NCBI GenBank assembly: GCA_965223545.1
Contig: OZ245006.1
Coordinates: 6,560,001-6,624,000, forward strand
Direction: 5' to 3'
Origin: Planctomycetota bacterium
GTDB lineage: Bacteria > Planctomycetota > UBA1135 > UBA2386
Length of the DNA stretch: 64,000 bases
In this document: piece after piece, positions 57,214 to 64,000 of the stretch
Layout of the letters: each line of letters starts with the position of its first letter
Numbering within the stretch: the stretch's first letter is position 1
Made by a program: the position numbers and the translations under genes
The notes under the pieces: model-generated
The model's database searches: none
What the model saw: the letters and a program-made list of their open reading frames with translations, nothing else
Told to the model about the DNA's origin: nothing

Positions 57214-58503
57214 ATGTTCGTTTTGGGGATTCCACCGTTGCGTCACTCTCTCGTCACTCTCTCCGCTCTCGCCACCCTCAGCTTCGCGCCACCGGCCTTT
57301 GCCGACGGCGATGAGAAGCTCGGTCCTGCCAGCATCGCCATCGCGCCCGGCACCGGCATCCTGGTCGCCGGAGTGGGCTTGCACAACACCCAGCCTGGCG
57401 TCGTCGATCTGACGGTCCCGGGCGGCGCGAGCGTCGTGCAGGTGCTCGCCTACTGGGAGGGGCAGGCGCGCGATGCCGCCGAGCAAGGCGACACCGACGC
57501 GATCCTGATCGGCGGCAACTTGGTCACCGGCCAGCGCATCGGCGGCCCGACCGAGTTCTTCTTCGGCGCCTGGACCTCGACCTATCGCGCCGACGTGACC
57601 GCGCTCGGACTCGTGTCGCCGGGCAGCAACTTCGTCGCCGTCGGTGGTCTCGACTTCTCGACCGCCAACAACGGCTTCGGCCTGCTGGTCGTCGTCGACG
57701 ACGGCACCGGCGCTGCCGATCTGCGCGTGCACGACGGCAACGACTGCGCCTACTTCAACTTCGCGTCGCCGCTGGATGCAACCGTGCGCCAGACCTACGA
57801 CTTCGCGCCGGCCGCCGCCGACCGCACGGCGACCTTGAGCCACTTCTTCGGCAGCGTCGGCACGCGGCGCCCCAGCGTGATCCGCGTGTTCGTGGACGGT
57901 CTGCTGGCGGACGAGGTCGTCGACGCGCTGGGTGACACCGCCGGCGACGAATGGGACGTGCTGCAGCACGACATCCTGGTGCCCGCGGGCGCGACTTCGG
58001 TGTCGGTGCAGGCCTACTCCGAGGACCTGCGCACCGGCCGCTTCGCCTGGGAGCACCCGGCGTCGCTGACCTGGGTCACCGCCGCGCTGGCGCTGCCGGT
58101 GGCGCGCACCACGGGAGGCGGCGGCGAGGGCTGCACGCCCGGCAAGTGGAAGACCAAGAAGGGGCGCGCGCGCTGGGATGGCGTCGGCACCAACGAGGTG
58201 ACCACGACGATCAAGACGTTCAACCTGTTCAACGCCACCTTCGGCGTCACCTCCGCCGAGTCCGGTCTGGCCGACAGCATCACTCTGCTCGAGGCCTTGA
58301 GCGACAACACCAACGGCGAGCTGAGCGCTCTCAACCGGCACGCGGTGGCGGGCCTGGTCAACGCCGACGCCTCGGTGGTCAACTACCGCTACACGGTCGC
58401 CGAAGTGATCCAGATCTACCTGGACGGCATCAACGGCGTGATGAGCTTGGGCGAGGCGAAGACCCTGCTCGAGACCGAGAACGAGCTCGGCTGCGAGTTC
58501 TGA
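57214..58503 (+). CDS. Secreted hypothetical protein with C-terminal GCTPGxWK domain
   Basis: Signal peptide ending AFA-D; beta-rich body. Start is 57214 or TTG 57238. Confidence 0.75.
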   Translation: MFVLGIPPLRHSLVTLSALATLSFAPPAFADGDEKLGPASIAIAPGTGILVAGVGLHNTQPGVVDLTVPGGASVVQVLAYWEGQARDAAEQGDTDAILIGGNLVTGQRIGGPTEFFFGAWTSTYRADVTALGLVSPGSNFVAVGGLDFSTANNGFGLLVVVDDGTGAADLRVHDGNDCAYFNFASPLDATVRQTYDFAPAAADRTATLSHFFGSVGTRRPSVIRVFVDGLLADEVVDALGDTAGDEWDVLQHDILVPAGATSVSVQAYSEDLRTGRFAWEHPASLTWVTAALALPVARTTGGGGEGCTPGKWKTKKGRARWDGVGTNEVTTTIKTFNLFNATFGVTSAESGLADSITLLEALSDNTNGELSALNRHAVAGLVNADASVVNYRYTVAEVIQIYLDGINGVMSLGEAKTLLETENELGCEF

Positions 58504-59280
58504 TCACCACACCACGCCCATGGTGAAGGCCACGCCGCGGAAACCGTAGGTCGTGGCCGGCATGGCAGCGTTGGTGAGCGCGCTGTCCGATTCGTCGACG
58601 TCGGTGCGGCTCCACAGGTAGCTCGCGCCGCCGAAGAAGCGCGCCGCGCGGAACCGCAGGCCGGTTTCGAAGCCGTAGAGCACGGCGTCCGTGTCGAACG
58701 AGTCGTCGACGCCGCCGGACTCGACGTCGACGTAGGCCGCGCCGGCGCCGATGTGGCCGGTGAAGAACGCGCTCAGCGCGGTGCGGTCGCGGCGGAACAG
58801 GTCGAACTCGGGTTCGACCTCGAAGCGCGCGGCAAACGTGGTGTAGTCGCTGCTGCCCGGGCTGGTGTCGAAGTCGGTGACGTCGATTTGAGGACCGACG
58901 CGCACGCCGACGTGGCCGCGCGGTCCCGCGGGGAAACGGCCGGAGAAGTGGCCGTAGAAGTTGATGCGGTCGACGCTGGTGCCGAACTCGTCGTCGTCGC
59001 TGGTGGTGCGCTCGATGCGCACGCCGCCGCCGGCGGAACGGCCGAACTCGGCGGAGAAACGCACCGTGCGCGCATCCGGGTCGGTGTCGGGGCCGGGGCG
59101 ATCGATGGCGAACTCGCCCGGCGCGATCGCCATCGTGATCACCCCGCGGCGCGCGTCTTGCTCGGCGTGCGCGCGGGCGCGGGGCGACTGTTGGCTCGCC
59201 TCGAGGGGGATCGAGCAGCCTGTGGCGGCAGCGGTGAGGGTGACTGTGGCGATGCGGTAGACGCGGCGGGTTGGGAGCAC
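58504..59280 (-). CDS. Outer-membrane beta-barrel (lipo)protein
   Basis: GGAGG RBS then GTG 59280; lipobox-like ATGC; alternating beta strands; terminal aromatic residue (GVVW). Confidence 0.65.
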   Translation of the reverse strand: MLPTRRVYRIATVTLTAAATGCSIPLEASQQSPRARAHAEQDARRGVITMAIAPGEFAIDRPGPDTDPDARTVRFSAEFGRSAGGGVRIERTTSDDDEFGTSVDRINFYGHFSGRFPAGPRGHVGVRVGPQIDVTDFDTSPGSSDYTTFAARFEVEPEFDLFRRDRTALSAFFTGHIGAGAAYVDVESGGVDDSFDTDAVLYGFETGLRFRAARFFGGASYLWSRTDVDESDSALTNAAMPATTYGFRGVAFTMGVVW

Positions 59281-59352
59281 GAGTGGCCTCCGTGGCTGGA
59301 CGGGGGCCTCAATCGAACGGCGCGCCATCGCCGTGGGCAAGAGCCCGGACGC

Positions 59353-61050
59353 TTACTGCCCGTCGATGATCAAGGCGTTCGCGACGCGCCATTGGCCGGG
59401 CGCGTCCTCGACGATCGCCTGCAGCGTGAGCTGCACCGCCGCCGGCAGCGGCGGGAACCCGTAGACCTGTGGGCCGGTGCCGACGCTCCAGATCGCAGCC
59501 GGCGGGAAGCACAGCGTGCCCGCGCCGAGCGGCAGGTTGGTGGCCATTGCGAAGGTGGGCACGCCGACGAAGCCGAGAATCGCCGAGGTGGCGGGCTGCG
59601 GGTTGGAGGGTGGGTTGTCCAGCCGGATGGTGAGCGGCGCGCCGCGCGGCAGCACGACGCGTCGATCGACCCACCCGTCGTCACCATTGATCGTGAGGAG
59701 TCGGAATGGGCCGCCGTTGCCGACCCCGGCGCTGCCCTCGGCGCACGCGCCGGCGAGATGGGGAGTGGCGAGCGGCCCGAGGTGGAATACCCGCACCATG
59801 CCGGCGTCGAGACCGTTGTTGTCGTTCTTGCGGGCGCCGACCAGGAGGTCGGCGCGGCCGTCGCCGTTGAGGTCGCCGATCCGCGCCAGTTTGCGGCCGA
59901 AGACGTCGTTGTGGCGGTCGCCGCCCATCTCGTGCAACAACGAGCCGTCGGCACCGGACCAGACGCGGACGTAGCCCGGTGCGTTGGCGGGTTGCAGCAC
60001 CTGGCACGCTCCCACCGCGAGGTCGTCGTGGCCGTCACCGTCGACGTCGCCGATGCCAGCCACCGCGATCCCGTACCAGTCGTTCGTGCTGATACCGGAG
60101 AACGTGTGCAGTACGCTGTGATCGCTGCCCGAGCGGACACTGGCGTAGCCGGCGCCCACCGGCGTGGCCGTGGTGAACTGGTATTGGCTGGCGCCGACGA
60201 TGAGATCGGGGAGTCCGTCGCGATCGACGTCGCCGGCGGGGTCGACGAAGATGCCGTAGTTGTCGCCGGCGCGCGCGCCGGCCGAGCCCTGCAGGATCGT
60301 TCCGCTCTGGCCGGAGACCACGGCGACGTAGCCGATGCCGGCTCCGAATACCTGCGGCGCGCCGACCGCGTAGTCCGCCCGCGCGTCGCCATCGATGTCG
60401 CCCAGCGCGCTCACCGCCGCGCCGAAGCGGTCGTCGGCGAACAGGCCGAACAGGGTGGTCAGCACGCTGCCGTCGCGGCCGGAGAAGACCCGGGCATAAC
60501 CGCGGTCGTTGCCGGCCACGTCGGCGCCCGGCGCGCCGACCAAGACGTCGTCGTGACCGTCACCGTCGGTGTCGCCGGCGCTCGCCACCGAGCTGCCCAA
60601 CTCGTCGCCGGCGGCGATGCCGACGAACGTGTGCAGGACGCTGCCGTCGCGGCCGGAGAACACCCGCGCCGCGCCACTGTCGGCGCCCGCGCCGTCGTGG
60701 AACGGCGCGCCGACGACCAGATCGCCGACTCCGTCGCCGTCGACGTCACCAGCCTCGCGCACCGAGGTGCCGAACTGGTCGCCGGCGGCGTCGCCGTCGA
60801 AGCGGTAGAGCACGCTGCCGTCCGCGCCCGAGAACACGGTGACCCGGCCGGAGTCGGCGCCGGCGAAGTCGGCGCGCACCGCGGCCGCCATGAAATCCGG
60901 CACGCCGTCGCCGTCGAGATCGCCGACGCCCGCCACCGACGAGCCGAAGCGGTCGTCGGGTGCGTCGCCGTTGATGGTGGCGTACGGGTTCTGTCCGCTG
61001 AGGGCGGGCGTCAGGGCGAGGAGGGCGAGCGCGAGCCTCGGTGGGTGCAT
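59353..61050 (-). CDS. FG-GAP (integrin-alpha-like) repeat protein
   Basis: Seven FG...GDxDGDGxxD...VGA repeats; signal peptide. Confidence 0.92.
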   Translation of the reverse strand: MHPPRLALALLALTPALSGQNPYATINGDAPDDRFGSSVAGVGDLDGDGVPDFMAAAVRADFAGADSGRVTVFSGADGSVLYRFDGDAAGDQFGTSVREAGDVDGDGVGDLVVGAPFHDGAGADSGAARVFSGRDGSVLHTFVGIAAGDELGSSVASAGDTDGDGHDDVLVGAPGADVAGNDRGYARVFSGRDGSVLTTLFGLFADDRFGAAVSALGDIDGDARADYAVGAPQVFGAGIGYVAVVSGQSGTILQGSAGARAGDNYGIFVDPAGDVDRDGLPDLIVGASQYQFTTATPVGAGYASVRSGSDHSVLHTFSGISTNDWYGIAVAGIGDVDGDGHDDLAVGACQVLQPANAPGYVRVWSGADGSLLHEMGGDRHNDVFGRKLARIGDLNGDGRADLLVGARKNDNNGLDAGMVRVFHLGPLATPHLAGACAEGSAGVGNGGPFRLLTINGDDGWVDRRVVLPRGAPLTIRLDNPPSNPQPATSAILGFVGVPTFAMATNLPLGAGTLCFPPAAIWSVGTGPQVYGFPPLPAAVQLTLQAIVEDAPGQWRVANALIIDGQ

Positions 61051-61153
61051 GGGGACCTCGGAGCCGTTGTGATGGGCGGCGGGGGCCGCCTCGAGCGAGC
61101 GGTTGCCTACGCCGCGCGCGCCCTTCGGTTGCGGGGACTTCTCCCGGGCAGGG

Positions 61154-62389
61154 CTATCGCTGCCAGAGGATCTGCGCCAAGCCCAGCTTGCCGGCCGCGA
61201 ACCCGCCTTCGCAGTACGCCAGATAGAACTCCTGGGCGCGGAGGAATCGCTCGCCGTAGCCCCGGGCACGCAGCGCGAGCCGGTGTGTGTGGAGATTGTC
61301 CCGCCACTGCCGCAAAGTGCGGGCGTAGTGCGGGCCGAAGTCGCGCAGCGCGTGGATGCGCAGCCGCGAGCCGCGCGTCGCGGCCTGCGCGAGCGCCGTC
61401 ACCGAGGGGATGAAGCTGCCCGGAAACACGTGGCGTTTGATGAAGTCGACGCGCTGGCGCGCGGCCTCGTAGTCCCGGTCTCGGATCGTGATCGCCTGCA
61501 TCGCCATGCTGCCCCCGGGTGCGAGCAGGCGGTCACAGCAGGCGAAGAACCGGGGCAGGTATTGGTGGCCGACGGCCTCGACCATCTCCACCGAGACGAT
61601 CTTGTCGTAGCGGCCGGCGACGTCGCGGTAGTCCTGCAGGCGCACCTCGACGCGGTGGTCGAGGCCGGCGCGGGCGACGCGCCGTCGCGCCAGGTCGTGC
61701 TGCGCCGCGGACAGCGTGATGGTCGTCACCCGACAGCCGAAGCGGCCCGCGGCATGCACCGCGAGGCTGCCCCAGCCGGTGCCGATCTCGAGCAGATGGT
61801 CGGTGGGGCGCAGCCGGAGCAGACGGCACAGGCGCTCGAGCTTGGCGGTTTGCGCGTCGTGCAGGGTCGTGTCGGCGGTGGCGAACAGCGCGCAGGAGTA
61901 GGTCATCGACTCGTCCAGCAGCAGTTCGAAGTAGTCGTTGCCGACGTCGTAGTGTGCGGCGATGTTGGCGCGGCTGCCCGCCCGGCTGTTGCGGCGCAGG
62001 GCGTGGCGCAGCCGGCGCAAAGGTGCGGCCAGGGTGACGGCGCCGCGATCCAAGCGTGACAGCGTCGCCGGCCGGCGCGCCAGGGCGGTGGTCAGGGCGG
62101 CCAGATCGCGACAGTGCCAGAGGCCGTCGACGAAGGCCTCGGCCGCTCCGAGCGTGCCGCCGCACAAGACGCGTCGATAGAACGCGGGATCCTCGATCTC
62201 CAGCGAGAGGCGGGCGGGTCCACGCCCCAGCACCCAGCTCCGGCCGCTGAAGTGCTCACGCAGCTCGATGCCGTCGCCGTCGATCGCGCGGGCGCGGCGC
62301 AACAAGACGGAGCGCGCCAGCCGGGCGGCCGGCGGTGGGTGGGTCGCCGCAGCGGCCGAGGGTGCGCGTTGCGTCCCGAACTCGGTCAC
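61154..62389 (-). CDS. cfa: Cyclopropane-fatty-acyl-phospholipid synthase family methyltransferase
   Basis: NIAAHYDVGN, MTYSCALF, LEIGTGWG, SVEMVEAVG; GTGA overlap with the upstream gene. Confidence 0.92.
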   Translation of the reverse strand: MTEFGTQRAPSAAAATHPPPAARLARSVLLRRARAIDGDGIELREHFSGRSWVLGRGPARLSLEIEDPAFYRRVLCGGTLGAAEAFVDGLWHCRDLAALTTALARRPATLSRLDRGAVTLAAPLRRLRHALRRNSRAGSRANIAAHYDVGNDYFELLLDESMTYSCALFATADTTLHDAQTAKLERLCRLLRLRPTDHLLEIGTGWGSLAVHAAGRFGCRVTTITLSAAQHDLARRRVARAGLDHRVEVRLQDYRDVAGRYDKIVSVEMVEAVGHQYLPRFFACCDRLLAPGGSMAMQAITIRDRDYEAARQRVDFIKRHVFPGSFIPSVTALAQAATRGSRLRIHALRDFGPHYARTLRQWRDNLHTHRLALRARGYGERFLRAQEFYLAYCEGGFAAGKLGLAQILWQR

Positions 62390-63186
62390 GGTGGGCTCCC
62401 CGATGCGGTGGACGGGTGCGGGTTTCGGTGCACGGGCACGCGCTTCAACCAAAGGCGGAGCGCCTGCCAGTGGATGCCGAACGTGATCTTGGCGGTCATC
62501 CACGGATGCCGCGTGAGCGCTCTCGCCAGACTGCCGCCGGTGATCGGCTGCCGTCGCAGCGCGAGCGTCGTGTCGAGCACCAGTTGGCTTTCCGAGTGGC
62601 ACCGCATGTGCACGCCGAGCCGGGTCCCCGGCGTGCCGAATCGCCAGTCGTAGTCCTGACGCATGCTCAGAAACGGCGAGACGTGGAACTCCTTGTCGAA
62701 GCGACGACGAAGGTTCGCAGCGCTGTCGCCCGCGGGCCGGTCGACGGCGTAGTCGTGCCGTTGCTGCCACGGCGTGTTGGTGATTTCGGCGAGGACGGTC
62801 TGCAGGGACTCATCTCGGTCGAAGCAGTAGTAGAACGTCACCGGGTTGAAGCAGTAGCCCCAGTAGCGCGGTTGGGTCAGCATCCTGATCGGCCCGCGCG
62901 GCCGCCGGCCGGTGTGCTCCTCGACGCGACGAGAGACGGCCTCGCGCAACGGCAGGTCGTGGGGCGCCAGGTAGTCGCGGCGCCGGATCCAAGCCGGGGC
63001 CGGCTTCTCGGTCGACCACAGCCACCGGTCATCGAAGACGCGCTCCAGTTCGTCGAGGTCCAGGTAGACCGCGAACAGCGCGTAGCGGAACTCGTGCCGC
63101 ACCGGCCGGTGGCGTCGGTGGCGCACGCAGCCGCGGTAGATCGCGCTGTGCCGGCCCGCGGCGGCGGAGAGGGGCGCCGTGCTCAC
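62386..63186 (-). CDS. DUF1365 family protein
   Basis: VRHRR..P..HEFRY, FNPVTFYYC, EITNTPW, KEFHVSPF. Confidence 0.92.
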   Translation of the reverse strand: MSTAPLSAAAGRHSAIYRGCVRHRRHRPVRHEFRYALFAVYLDLDELERVFDDRWLWSTEKPAPAWIRRRDYLAPHDLPLREAVSRRVEEHTGRRPRGPIRMLTQPRYWGYCFNPVTFYYCFDRDESLQTVLAEITNTPWQQRHDYAVDRPAGDSAANLRRRFDKEFHVSPFLSMRQDYDWRFGTPGTRLGVHMRCHSESQLVLDTTLALRRQPITGGSLARALTRHPWMTAKITFGIHWQALRLWLKRVPVHRNPHPSTASGSPP

Positions 63187-64000
63187 GCGGCGTCTCCCTC
63201 CGCCAGCGGCACCTCGTCGACGCCCAGGGCGCGGCAGACCGCGAGGGCCGCGCGCACTCCGTCCTCGTGAAAGCCGTAGCCGCACCACGCACCGCAAAGC
63301 CAGACGCCGCCGCCGCCGTTGATCCGCGGCAAGAGCGCGCGCTGCCGCAGGCCGTCCACGGTGAACACCGGGTGCGCGTAGCGCGCGCGATGCAACACTC
63401 TGTCGGCGGCGATGCCCTCCGCTCGGTTGAGCGTGACGCAGAACCGCACCGGTGCCGAGAGCTGCTGCAACCGGGTCAGGTCGTAGGTCACGGTGGCGTG
63501 GTCGGCGCCTTCGTGCAGGTGGTAGTTCCAGGCAGCGCGCGCTGCCTGGCGGCGTGGCAGCATCCGCTCGTCGACGTGCAGCACCGCGTCGTTCTCCTGA
63601 TAGGGCACGGCAGCGAGGACCCGCTGTTCGCTGGCCGACGGGTCGGCCAGCAGCGCGAGCGAGCGGTCGCTGTGAGTGGCGAGCACGGCGGCGTCGAAGT
63701 CGCGCGGCCCCCGCGCCGTGTGCACGCGGACGCCGCGCGCCTGCCGCTGCACGCGCGTCACCGGCGTGGATAGCAGGAGCTCGCCGCGGAAGCGCTGCAG
63801 GAGCGCGTCAACGTAGGTCTTGGCGCCGCCGCGCACGACGTGCCAGGTCGGCCGGCCGCGCACCGCGAGCATGCCGTGGTTGTGAAAGAAGCGGACCACG
63901 AAGGAGATCGGCATCGCCCGCATCTGATCCGCCCGCGCCGACCAGATCGCCGACCCCATCGGCAGCAGATAGTGTGAGCCGAAGGCGCGGCCGAATCCGG
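63183..64000 (-). CDS. FAD-dependent (amine-oxidase-like) oxidoreductase of the cfa/DUF1365 operon, 5' end off the window
   Basis: FFHNHGML, AAWNY, YAHPVF, GAWCGYGFHEDG. Confidence 0.9.
   Translation of the reverse strand, partial: GFGRAFGSHYLLPMGSAIWSARADQMRAMPISFVVRFFHNHGMLAVRGRPTWHVVRGGAKTYVDALLQRFRGELLLSTPVTRVQRQARGVRVHTARGPRDFDAAVLATHSDRSLALLADPSASEQRVLAAVPYQENDAVLHVDERMLPRRQAARAAWNYHLHEGADHATVTYDLTRLQQLSAPVRFCVTLNRAEGIAADRVLHRARYAHPVFTVDGLRQRALLPRINGGGGVWLCGAWCGYGFHEDGVRAALAVCRALGVDEVPLAEGDAA

Overview
High-GC bacterial chromosome window; the gene content (ECF sigma plus Ser/Thr kinase pair, prenyltransferase-repeat paralogs, FG-GAP protein, Cys/His-rich efflux adaptors) suggests Planctomycetota, which is inference. 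There are two parts. (1) About 1-34,155 is a genomic island inserted at the 3' end of tRNA-Phe(GAA) (34,156-34,231, minus strand). From the tRNA leftward it carries a tyrosine integrase, a candidate excisionase, a Gabija-like OLD nuclease plus UvrD pair, a ParA plus RHH-partner locus flanked by CCCGGG-core palindromes, a putative Rep, a MOBF relaxase with coupling and RHH accessory proteins (no mating-pair genes in the window), an ApeA-like HEPN protein and a cluster of small DNA-binding proteins. Two divergent heavy-metal RND efflux operons plus a CDF transporter follow and are probably cargo; the far junction is not visible. (2) 34,232-64,000 is host backbone: ribF, def, rpsT, mfd, rnc, typA, a BlaI/M56 pair, a cfa/DUF1365/FAD-oxidoreductase operon and several secreted proteins. 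The most unusual signals are a 76-bp duplication of the integrase 3' end in which all 7 mismatches are synonymous and which brackets a small Zn-finger cassette; a nine-fold CxxHG..CxxC module in one efflux operon; the palindromic centromere-like array; a duplicated hairpin element next to two small paralogs; a nested secreted heme/LysM protein inside the M56 gene; and a shared ECF-type promoter motif. All calls are by-eye motif recognition; no searches were run.
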